From Planctomycetota bacterium (GTDB taxonomy: Bacteria > Planctomycetota > UBA1135 > JAKEFM01), in the NCBI GenBank assembly GCA_035695825.1, contig DASRRH010000009.1, forward strand, positions 23,044 to 87,043: a stretch of DNA of 64,000 bases, given 5' to 3'. Both the position numbers and the translations under genes were made by a program. The notes below the pieces were generated by a model. That model saw only the letters and a list, made by a program, of their open reading frames with translations, did no database searches and was not told the DNA's origin. Below are positions 36,751 through 45,405 of this stretch, in pieces. Each line of letters opens with the position of its first letter. Position 1 is the stretch's first letter.

Positions 36751-38471
36751 GCCGCTCCCTGGGACGCGCACTCGCCGGCCTCGGTTGGATCCTCCTCGCG
36801 TCGGCCGGGACGGCGCGCGGTCAGGGCTATCCCCTGCAGTCGGCGTCGGGGACGGCCGCCTACGATGCCTTCGGGTTCTCGGTGGCCGGCCCCGGCGACG
36901 TGGACCAGGACGGCGTCCCCGACTTCCTCGTCGGGATCCCGGGAGCCGACCCGGCGGGGAACGCCGACGCGGGGGAGGCGAGGGTTATCTCGGTGGCGAG
37001 CGGAGCGGCGATCCTGATCCTCCCGGGCGGAGCCGCGGGGGACTACTTTGGCTACTCGGTCGCGGGGGCCGGGGACCTGGATCTCGACGGCGTTCCCGAC
37101 CTCGTCGTCGGCGCTTCCCAGAACGGGTCCGGAGGACCGGGCCTCGCGAAGGTCTTCTCCGGGGCGAGCGGCGCGGTCCTCCTCACCCGCACGGGGACGC
37201 TCGCGGGAGACCGCTTCGGCGCCTCGGTCGCAGGCGCCGGGGACGTGAACGCGGACGGGGTCGCCGACATCCTCGTCGGCGCGCCGCGGGTGTGGCCGGG
37301 GGCGCTGCCGGGCTACGCGAAGGTCTACTCCGGATCGACCGGCGCGACGCTGCTCCTGTTGAATGGCCCCGGCCCGGGCGACCTCCATGGCTTCGCCGTC
37401 GCCGGAGCGGGGGACGTCAACGGGGACGGGCGGGCCGACCTCCTGATCGGTGCCCCGAACGGGCCCGGCAGCGGGGGCATCTCCGGCGAGGCGCGGCTCC
37501 TCTCGGGACTCGACGGGACACTGATCCGCCTGTTTGCCGACCTCGGGACCTACGGGGACCTCGGCCTCTCGGTCGGGAACGCGGGCCTCGTGAACGGAGA
37601 CGCCGTGCCGGACCAGATTCTCGGGAGCATGTCGGGCGCGGGGGTCTATTCGGGGGTCGGGGGGTACACGATCCTCGCCGAGTACGGGGGGACGGGGGAC
37701 TGGTTCGGCCGCTCCGTCGCGGGAGCGGGAGGGGACGTGGACGGCGACGGGTTCGGCGACCTCCTCGTCGGGGCGCCCGCCTCCCCGATCTACTCCATGC
37801 TGCCGGGGTACGCCCGGGTCGTCCCCGGCGGGCCGGCAGGGACCGCCGTCAAGCTCGCCGGGTCGGCGCCGGGCGATGAGTTCGGGTGGTCGGCGGCCGT
37901 GGTGGGGGACGTGAACGACGACGGCGTTCCGGACTTCGTCGTGGGCGCCCCCGGTGCAGACTCCCCCGGCGCTCCCGGGGCCGGAAGCGCGACCGTGACC
38001 TCCGCCGTCGGGATCCCGCCAGGCTCGGCCTTGCTCGGGTCGGGCTGTCCGGGCCCAGGGGGCCTCGTTCCCGCGATCACGACGATCGGCGGCTACCCGA
38101 CCACGGGTTTCCCGGGGACGGGACTGGCCAACCCGTACTTCACGATCCTCCTCTCGCACGCGGAGCCGGGGAGACCTGCCTTCCTCTTCGTCGGCGTTTC
38201 GGCCGCCTCGTGGATGGGGACGCCGCTTCCCTTCAACCTGGGGCCCTTCGGCATGCCGGCCTGCTTCCTGAACGTCCAGCCGGGGTTCATCGTGCCGAGG
38301 ACGACCGTCGGATTGGGACCCGGGGGAGGGAAGGCGCGAGTCCCCATGCCCATCCCCGCGATCCCCTCCCTCGCCGGGAGCCACGTTTACTGCCAGTGGT
38401 ATGTCGTCGATCCGGGGCCCGGCATCGTCCCCGGGGCGATGTCTCCCGGATGGGACGGGGTGATCCTGTAG
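36747..38471 (+). CDS. Secreted FG-GAP (integrin-alpha-like) repeat protein with shared C-terminal module
   Basis: The GTG at 36747 overlaps the upstream stop (GTGA). Repeats FGFSVAGPGDVDQDGVPDFLVG and FGYSVAGAGDLDLDGVPDLVVG. The C-terminus reads ...PMPIPAIPSLAGSHVYCQWYVVDPGPGIVPGAMSPGWDGVIL. Confidence 0.8.
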   Translation: MSRSLGRALAGLGWILLASAGTARGQGYPLQSASGTAAYDAFGFSVAGPGDVDQDGVPDFLVGIPGADPAGNADAGEARVISVASGAAILILPGGAAGDYFGYSVAGAGDLDLDGVPDLVVGASQNGSGGPGLAKVFSGASGAVLLTRTGTLAGDRFGASVAGAGDVNADGVADILVGAPRVWPGALPGYAKVYSGSTGATLLLLNGPGPGDLHGFAVAGAGDVNGDGRADLLIGAPNGPGSGGISGEARLLSGLDGTLIRLFADLGTYGDLGLSVGNAGLVNGDAVPDQILGSMSGAGVYSGVGGYTILAEYGGTGDWFGRSVAGAGGDVDGDGFGDLLVGAPASPIYSMLPGYARVVPGGPAGTAVKLAGSAPGDEFGWSAAVVGDVNDDGVPDFVVGAPGADSPGAPGAGSATVTSAVGIPPGSALLGSGCPGPGGLVPAITTIGGYPTTGFPGTGLANPYFTILLSHAEPGRPAFLFVGVSAASWMGTPLPFNLGPFGMPACFLNVQPGFIVPRTTVGLGPGGGKARVPMPIPAIPSLAGSHVYCQWYVVDPGPGIVPGAMSPGWDGVIL

Positions 38472-38741
38472 TGTGAGTTCTCCGGGCCCGAGGGGGACGG
38501 GCTCCTCGGGAAAGCGCGGGCCACCAGAGCCCAGATGGCAGTTCCGGAACCGTTCCGGGGGTCGCGGCGTGATCGCTCGGGAGCCGGGGCGGTCCGGCGG
38601 GGGGCACGGAGCGGACCGCTCGCGGGCACTCGTTTCCGCGAGGCACTCCCTACGCGGAGGCGCAGGAGGACAAGGGGGTCCTGCGCCCGATCATCGCTCG
38701 CTGCCGGAATTCCCCAACACCACGACCCCAGCCCAGGATCC

Positions 38742-41366
38742 CTACCTCCCCGGCAGCTCGATCGGCTTCGCCTTCCGGATCCTGACTTCGAGCGGGGGCC
38801 CGCTGGCTGGGGGCCATGGGACCTCGACCGAACCCGCGCCAGGCAGGAAGAAGCCCCTCCCGTCACCTCCGTCGGCGAGGCTCTGGGTGCCCGGGGGGAG
38901 ACGGAAGGTCACGATTCCCTCTCCATCCGTCCTGGCCTTGTTGGGCCAGGTCACGGTGCGACCTCTCTCCAACTCCCGGGTGAAGAGCATGAGGACGTTT
39001 CGATTCGCCAGGGGCTTGCCCGACTCTGCGTCGAGCACGAGGAGCGTCCCCTCCACGAGCTTCACCTCGATCCGGACGCTCTCCTCGCCGGCGGGGGGCA
39101 CCCGAACTGGGGCCGACGAGACGAGCCATCCTCCCTCGATGGGCCGGACCCAGGGAATCCACTCCCCCGCGAAGAGAGGTCCCAAGCGCGCCGTCCCGTC
39201 CGCGCCGAGCTGCCCTCCCGTCTCCCCGAGGTCGCTCGCGAGCTCGACGACCAGTCCGGGCGCCGGTCGGCCGTCGACGGTCGCCGTGACGAGGAGGGAG
39301 CCCGGGAAGCGTTCCCGCAGGTCGAACTCGGCCTCCGTGTCCGGGCCCTCGCGGACCTCGACGCGGGCGAGCTCGAGGGTCGCGCCTTCCGTTCCCGTGC
39401 TCGAGTCGAAGCCCGTGGGAAGGAAGACCTGCCCGAGGCGCGCGGAGACGCGGACGCGCCCGGCCGGGAGCGGCCCCACGCGGAACGAGCCGTCGGCGGC
39501 GACCTCGGCGACCGGCGGCTCGTGCTCGAGCCAGTAGAAGGGCTCGTCCGGGTGGTCCTCGTCCGGGCGCGCGCTCATCTGGAGGCCGTCGAACCGCGCG
39601 CCGGGGGGACCGAGGACCTTCCCCCTCAGGTGGCCGAAGTCAGGGAGCAGGATCCGGATGGGGCCCGGCGAGCGCGACGCCTCTACGCCGACCACTCGCT
39701 CGGCCGCGACGAGGGGGCTCAGCTCGGCGAGGACCCGATAGCGGCCCCCCGACACGTTCGGGAATTCGAAGCGTCCCGAGGCGTCCGTCTTTGTCTCCGG
39801 TCCGCTCTCCGAATCGTGGTCGACGACTCGGGAGGCCTCGGAGGGGGGGGCTTCCCTCGGACAGAGCCGGACCTTCACCTTCCCCACCGGCGTCCTGCCG
39901 TCGGACTGAAAGACGAACCCGGCGACGGTCGCTCCCGCATCGAGGCGCACGCTGACGACCCGGGTCTCGTCCGGTTTCAGGTGGTCGATGGGAGCTTCCG
40001 CGACGGCGTGGCCGGGGACCTCGACGACGAGGGTGCAGTCCCCCGGGACGATGCCTGGATAGACGCCCCCCTCGGGCTCGGGTTGGCCGCGACCCCGCAA
40101 TTCGAACTCGTCCGGCGAGACGGACCGGTCGGAGAACCGGTAGCGGATCTTGAGCCGGTAGTCGTGAACGGGAGCGCCCCCGCCATCCACGACGGTGATC
40201 GAGCAGGCCGCGCTTCCCTCCAACCGCGCGTCCACGGACGAGCCGGGGAACACGCCCTCGCGGACCCAGGGTTTGAAGCGCGGATCTCGGATCTCGATCG
40301 TGTAGCTTCCCGGGTCGAGGTCGTCGAAGCTCCAGCTCTGGGACGAGCGCTCGATCTTCCTCGCGACGAGCGGGCCCCGAGGAGACCCGAGGAGCGTGAT
40401 CGAGCCGACGTCGTTCGCGAAGATGTGGAAGCGCCCCGTGAAGGGGACGACGGTGATCCGACGGCTGTTGTCGGGACCCTCGTAGACGATGTCGGCGCGC
40501 GCCTCCTTGCCGATCTCCACGTTCACCGTCGGGCCGTCGATCCAGTTCGCGATCCGCGAGTCCGCCTTGAGCTTCGCGGGACCGGGAGGCAGGTCCTCGA
40601 GCCGGAACTCGCCCGTCACCGGATCCGCCGGGCCCCGCACCCTCGTGATCTCGCCGCCTTCCCCCGGCTGTCGGTACGCCGTGTCGGCATAGACATGCCA
40701 CCTTCCTCCCGCCGGCTTCCCGTCCCGATTCACGACGCGGCCGGCGATCGAGCCCGTCCGCACGAGGGCGATCTCTCTCAAGTCGACGACCTCGCCCGGG
40801 GGAAGCTCCCCCCAGCGCCAGCTCGTTTCCGCATGGCCAGGGAGTTTCGCGTCCAACGTGAACTGGTAGGCGCGCGGCGGATCGAACCGGAACGAGAATC
40901 TCCCGTCGGAGTCCGACTCCGCGTCGAGGTCCTTCCATTCGTTCGGCAGCCCGTAGCGGAGGACGCGCTCTGTGTTCGCCTGCCAGCCGTGGAGTCGTAC
41001 GCGGGCTCCTGCGGCGGGCCCAGCCCCTTCGGGGAGGAGGAACCGGCCGCGCAGTTGGGTGAGCGCAGGTCGCGTCTCCTGCGAGGCAAGCGCGGGAATC
41101 GCGGGTTCGCGTCGGACCTGGGATGCGCCGGGGTCCGGAGCCGATCCACTTCCCGTCTGGGTAGGCGGGAAAACGGGGGCGGGGTTCGAGCCCGCTGATG
41201 CCAGGCCCGCGAACGAGGCAAACGCGCCGGCGCCGGCAGGGCGGGATGCAATCGCTGGGAGCGGGGCCGCGAGAACGCAGAGAGGAAGGATGGAGGCCAC
41301 CCTCGCCGCCGACAGGGTGAGACGCGTCCGCATCGGGACCTCGTCCCGGGTTCGCCCCGGGACCAT
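38742..41366 (-). CDS. Large secreted protein of carboxypeptidase-regulatory-like beta-sandwich repeats (paralog class of 15664..19074)
   Basis: Signal region ...ASILPLCVLAAPLPAIA. Units GRVVNRDGKPAGGRWHVYA and GFVFQSDGRTPVGKVKVRL. The start is ATG 41366 or 41333. Confidence 0.8.
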   Translation of the reverse strand: MVPGRTRDEVPMRTRLTLSAARVASILPLCVLAAPLPAIASRPAGAGAFASFAGLASAGSNPAPVFPPTQTGSGSAPDPGASQVRREPAIPALASQETRPALTQLRGRFLLPEGAGPAAGARVRLHGWQANTERVLRYGLPNEWKDLDAESDSDGRFSFRFDPPRAYQFTLDAKLPGHAETSWRWGELPPGEVVDLREIALVRTGSIAGRVVNRDGKPAGGRWHVYADTAYRQPGEGGEITRVRGPADPVTGEFRLEDLPPGPAKLKADSRIANWIDGPTVNVEIGKEARADIVYEGPDNSRRITVVPFTGRFHIFANDVGSITLLGSPRGPLVARKIERSSQSWSFDDLDPGSYTIEIRDPRFKPWVREGVFPGSSVDARLEGSAACSITVVDGGGAPVHDYRLKIRYRFSDRSVSPDEFELRGRGQPEPEGGVYPGIVPGDCTLVVEVPGHAVAEAPIDHLKPDETRVVSVRLDAGATVAGFVFQSDGRTPVGKVKVRLCPREAPPSEASRVVDHDSESGPETKTDASGRFEFPNVSGGRYRVLAELSPLVAAERVVGVEASRSPGPIRILLPDFGHLRGKVLGPPGARFDGLQMSARPDEDHPDEPFYWLEHEPPVAEVAADGSFRVGPLPAGRVRVSARLGQVFLPTGFDSSTGTEGATLELARVEVREGPDTEAEFDLRERFPGSLLVTATVDGRPAPGLVVELASDLGETGGQLGADGTARLGPLFAGEWIPWVRPIEGGWLVSSAPVRVPPAGEESVRIEVKLVEGTLLVLDAESGKPLANRNVLMLFTRELERGRTVTWPNKARTDGEGIVTFRLPPGTQSLADGGDGRGFFLPGAGSVEVPWPPASGPPLEVRIRKAKPIELPGR

Positions 41367-41462
41367 GCGCTTCCGAGGGTAGCCAGGAGGGCGCGGGTTC
41401 GCACCGATCTCTCTCGACGCCTCCGCCCGACGCTGTGGCGGAGGTGGAGGAGGGCCGGAATC

Positions 41463-41597
41463 GGAGACTGCCGCAACTCCGTGTCGATCGGGTGCACCCG
41501 GTCCAGGGCTCCAGGGAAGTTGAAGCGGAATCCGCGGCCCGACACCCGTTCGTCATTCCTCCTGCCGAACGGGTCCTCCGCGGGGAACAGAGTTCTC
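41463..41597 (+). repeat. TIR repeat, copy C (about 135 bp, right arm degenerate)
   Basis: Left arm GGAGACTGCCGCAACTCCGTGTCGAT (41463-41488). The interior aligns closely with copy A (GATCGGG..GGTCCAGG.CTCCA..AGTTG..GGAAT.CGCG.GCCGAC.CCCGTTC). Confidence 0.6.
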
Positions 41598-41760
41598 GAG
41601 GTTCGACGGGCCCGCACCGACCTCCTGGGTCCCACATGGACGGGACGAAGGGGGACGGTAGACTCTGCGCGTCTGCACTTTCACCCCTCCCGGCGAGCCG
41701 TTGGGCCCCGGCGGGGTAATTTGTATTGGGGGGACGAGGAGAGTGCGGGGGGAGCCTGCG

Positions 41761-41962
41761 GTGAAGAGGGGGGTCGCCTTCGTGGACGGCCAGAACCTGG
41801 TCCACGGCACCCGGCCTGCGAGTGATCGCGCTCTCGCGAGCGATCTGCCGGCGGCGAGGATCGGAGTCGACGCAGGCTCGCTTCTACACGGGCGTCCCCG
41901 AACCCGAAGCCGATCCGTGCCTCGACCAGAGGGAGTACAGGCCGCGAAGGGAATCGCGGTGA
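41761..41962 (+). pseudogene. Frameshifted, truncated copy of the NYN-domain gene at 55816
   Basis: VKRGVAFVDGQNLVHG (frame of GTG 41761) matches RAVAFFDGQNLFHG of the intact copy. ARFYTGVPEPEADP in a different frame matches VRFYTGLRDPRDDP. The spacing between the two is shortened and a stop falls at 41960-41962. The upstream 160 bp is also homologous. Confidence 0.55.
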
Positions 41963-42185
41963 CGGCGTCCGGCCCGCCCGGGACGAGTCCGATTCGCCTC
42001 GCTGCCGGGCCGTGGGTCGAATGCAGACCCGCCGCGAGACTCGGGCCCCGCGCCTCCGCCCGCGAGGCGTCAGCGAGGAGCCCGTTGGACTTCGATTCGC
42101 CGACCTCGGCGCCCCGGGCCGTCCGGGGAGATGGACGGCGACGGGTCGGCCTTCGGTCAGGCTCGCCGTCGAGAGGGTCGCAGGG

Positions 42186-43415
42186 TCAGGGGCGCGCGAT
42201 CGAGACCTCGAGCCCGTTCGTGTTCTGCCAAATGTTCGTGTTTCCGTCGAACACGAACCCCTGCAGGAAGATCGAGGCGGGGATCGGCAGGTTCGCCGGC
42301 AGCGGCGTCGGCACGAAGAATGTCCCGCTCGCCGGCACGGGGCCCTGGACGAGGAGGGCCGGCGCCCCGATATAGACCAGCATGGTGAGGATCGGGAAGG
42401 GCGGGCACGAGGTGCCCAGGGAAAGGAAGATGAACGCGAAGGAGCCCGGGGGCGCGCCGGAGATCGAGAGCGAGAAGTTCGGGTTCGGCGAGACGCTCTG
42501 GCCGGAGCCGAGGAGGAACGGATACCCCGGAGGAGAGGCGGTCCCGAACCCGATCGCGTGCGCCGAGTAGGCGAGGCCCGAGACGGGAGGCGAGGTCGCG
42601 GGGAAGCAGGCGGACGTCGCGTAGAACGTCGACGCCGGCGGCCCGGCGATCGGCGTGATCCGCTCGATCATCGCGCCGTCGGTGACGTACATCGCCCCCG
42701 GCCCGGCGAAGAACGAGTGGTCCATCGCGAGCCCTTGGAGGCCGCCCGTCGCGCAGGTGAGCGGCGGCGCCTGGATCCCGTACCCCGTCGGGAGGCCGGT
42801 GGTGGGGGAGACGCTGACGATCAATCCCGACACCGTGCACGCGTAGAGCGCGGGCACGACCGGATCCCACTCGATGTCGGTGTAGGGGGACCCGACCGCG
42901 GGCAGGGCGAAGGGCGCGACCATCAAGGTGAGCAACCCGGGGCAGTTCGCGGGCCCCGGCGGCACGAGCCCGGCCGCCGTCGTCGCGTTGCAGACCCAAA
43001 GGACTCCGCCCGGGTCGTCGTAGCCGAGTCCCGTGATGGTGCCGAAGCCCGGGAGGACGGAGGCGAGCGTGAAGGAGCGCTGCGGGGAGCCGTTCGGAGT
43101 GAAGAGGGTGATGTTCGTTCCGTCCGTCACGTAGATCAGGTTCTGGGAGCGCGCGACCGCGATGTCGCCGCCGAGGTTGCCGGGAGGGAGCGCGAAGCCC
43201 GCCACCGTCGGGCAAGGGAAGGGGGGGTTCGTCAGGAACCCACCGAGATAGGGCCCGTTCGGCCAGAGACACAAGCCGGCGGGGGGTCCAGTCTGTTCGG
43301 AGACGATCGCGAAGGGGCTCGCGGGGCCGTTGCCGTTGATCGTGTAGAGCGTCTGGGTGTGGGCCGTGGCGGTCAGGGTCGTCGCGATCGCGAGCAGCAT
43401 CGAGGTCGGTCGCAT
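42186..43415 (-). CDS. Secreted hypothetical protein ending in the shared C-terminal module
   Basis: Signal MRPTSMLLAIATTLTATAHTQ. Balanced, Gly/Pro/Thr-rich extracellular-type composition. Ends ...FFVPTPLPANLPIPASIFLQGFVFD...GLEVSIARP. Confidence 0.7.
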   Translation of the reverse strand: MRPTSMLLAIATTLTATAHTQTLYTINGNGPASPFAIVSEQTGPPAGLCLWPNGPYLGGFLTNPPFPCPTVAGFALPPGNLGGDIAVARSQNLIYVTDGTNITLFTPNGSPQRSFTLASVLPGFGTITGLGYDDPGGVLWVCNATTAAGLVPPGPANCPGLLTLMVAPFALPAVGSPYTDIEWDPVVPALYACTVSGLIVSVSPTTGLPTGYGIQAPPLTCATGGLQGLAMDHSFFAGPGAMYVTDGAMIERITPIAGPPASTFYATSACFPATSPPVSGLAYSAHAIGFGTASPPGYPFLLGSGQSVSPNPNFSLSISGAPPGSFAFIFLSLGTSCPPFPILTMLVYIGAPALLVQGPVPASGTFFVPTPLPANLPIPASIFLQGFVFDGNTNIWQNTNGLEVSIARP

Positions 43416-44181
43416 GGAGAAACTCCTGGCTAGAGGTGGTCGATGGTCCGAGCGGTCCTTGCGGATTCTCCGCGGGCCGGAGGGAAGGCTCGTCGCCCTC
43501 GGTCCGAAGCCCTCACGAGCCGGAGGCCCTCGCCCTCGGGGCGAAGGGACGTCCGGCGCGAGAGGGGGTCAGGCTTCGATCCTTCCTCGCGGCCCGGCCT
43601 GCGGGCGGAGCGGAAGCGGTCCTGCGATCAGGACGCGTTCCGCCTTCTCACTTCGGATACCCACGGGTTTCCCGGAAAGATGAGGGGACTTCTACCCGCT
43701 CCGGGCCGATGCCACAAGGGAGCGGCGGGCTGGAGGGCGCGACCTCGGGGACCGTCGCGCTCCGTCTCCGGGGTCGCGAGGCCGTGAATAGACGGTCGCA
43801 GGACCCACCGCTCCCCGCGATGGACCCGCGTCGGCGACCGATCGTTCGATCTCGAGCCGCTCGAGGAGCCCTTCCTCCGGGGCGGGCCCGCGACCTTGTT
43901 TCGGTCCTCCGCGCGCCTCCCGAAGTCAGCGGTCCGCTCGGCCGCGTCTTCCCGAGGAGTCGAGATCCGGGCCGCCGCTCCGGACGGGTTCCGGCGGTTC
44001 CGCGCGAGGGGAGGAGAGCCCTCGACCCGGAGCGGTTCGCCGTCCTCCCGTCGAACGAGCGGCGCATCCGTGGCCTGGAGGCGCCGCGGGTGGGAGAAGA
44101 GGTCGTCCTGCCGCGCGACGAGCCTCTCGCCCCTCTACTCGCGGAGTCGCTCGTCCTGGGGGAGACGCGCGGGACCGCGGC

Positions 44182-44679
44182 TCAGAGGACGGTGACGACG
44201 ATCGCCTGCGTGAAGGAGAGGGGGATGAAAGGGGAGCCGGAGAGGACGATCGCCTGGATCCCGAAGGACGCGCCAGGGGGGGCGTTGCTCGGGAAGGTGA
44301 ATGGAATCGTCGTCGTCCCGCTCGGGCAGGAGAGGATCGGGCTCACCTGGTCGAGCGTCCCCGCGAAGGCGACGATGATCGGCAGGTCGAGGACGAGGGA
44401 GTGGGAGATCCCCGGGATCGAGAGGCAGGACGTCGCGCTCACGGACACGCCGACGACGTAGGCGGCGTTCGGCTCTCCCCGGAGGAAGAGCGCGACCGCC
44501 TCTCCCGGCGAGACCGTCGTCGTGTCCGGAGCGCACTGGAAGCCCCAGCAGAACGGGCCCGCCGTGTTTCCGCCCGCGCCCGTCCAGTGGAGAGCGACGG
44601 CGTCCGCGGGGAACTGAGCGAAGCCGGAACCGGTGCACGTCGCGACGGCGACGGCGAGAGGAAGGAGCTGGATTCGCAT
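44182..44679 (-). CDS. Small secreted protein consisting essentially of the shared module alone
   Basis: Signal MRIQLLPLAVAVATCTGSGFAQ. 165 aa. ...TTIPFTFPSNAPPGASFGIQAIVLSG...QAIVVTVL. Confidence 0.65.
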   Translation of the reverse strand: MRIQLLPLAVAVATCTGSGFAQFPADAVALHWTGAGGNTAGPFCWGFQCAPDTTTVSPGEAVALFLRGEPNAAYVVGVSVSATSCLSIPGISHSLVLDLPIIVAFAGTLDQVSPILSCPSGTTTIPFTFPSNAPPGASFGIQAIVLSGSPFIPLSFTQAIVVTVL

Positions 44680-44912
44680 GTTCGCTCCGAGGGTCGGTGG
44701 GCGCCGCCAGTCTACTCCAACGACCTTCGGAGGGCGAAGAGGTCGTGGAGGTTCCCGAAGCCCGACTCGACGAGGTCGGCCTCGTCGAGAATCCTCCCCC
44801 GCACTCCCTCCGCGTGGGAGGGGGGCGAGGGCCGTCCTCAGCGCGCCCTCTCCGGCCCGTTCGAGATCGTCCGCCCCAGCCGGCCGACCGGACGAGGCGC
44901 CGCGCGGGGCGA

Positions 44913-44987
44913 GGGGAGCTGACCGAATCCTGGTGAGGTCGAGCGACCGGTCCCGGACCGACCTGGGTTCAAATCCCAGGCGGCTCG
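44913..44987 (+). other. tRNA-like relic (acceptor/D-arm/extra-arm/T-arm but no anticodon arm)
   Basis: Perfect T-arm CTGGG-TTCAAAT-CCCAG (44963-44979). 3' acceptor strand GCGGCTC. 5' strand GGGGAGC pairs at 5 of 7 positions. U8. D-arm ACCG/AGGT with a GG-containing loop. Hairpin CGGTC-CCG-GACCG. No 17-nt anticodon stem-loop can be drawn. Confidence 0.3.
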
Positions 44988-45405
44988 GAAGTTAGCAATG
45001 GATGGTGCGCCCGCGTCCGAACGCGGCCGTTTCTGCGTTCTTGGGAATACCGCCGCGAGGAGAGTCCGTGCGCCCCTCAGGTCGCCCCTTCGAGCCGTTT
45101 CGAACCCCATTCCCTCCGATTCCCATGCGTCGATTACCGCGTCGACACGAGGAGATGGCGATCCTGCCGAGGCTCGCGCCGCCCCCGACTCGGGAGGAGG
45201 GCGCGGTCCTCAGAGGCATTCGCCGCTCCAAGGACGCGCTCGGCGATCGGCTCGAGGAGGCGCGACACCGGCACCGGACCCAGCGGATCTTCCGCACACC
45301 GGGCCCGGACTTCCCCGGCGACGGCGACAGATGGGGATCGATTGCGATGGAATCGATCCGTGATCTGGCTTCGGGAACGAAATCTCGAGGAAGGACGGAA
45401 AGAAC

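Noticed and set aside
38535-41805. 887-aa plus and 721-aa minus ORFs overlapping 38742..41366.
   Set aside because: Shadow frames. Only the 38742..41366 frame has a signal peptide and beta-sandwich repeat motifs.
44894-44987. A complete tRNA gene (class I, or class II Leu/Ser/Sec) around the perfect T-arm.
   Set aside because: I could not draw a 5-bp anticodon stem with a 7-nt loop in any register. The acceptor stem has two central mismatches and there is no CCA. Reading CTGGG-TTCAAAT-CCCAG as an anticodon arm (CAA) fails because no T-arm follows. It is kept only as a tRNA-like relic.
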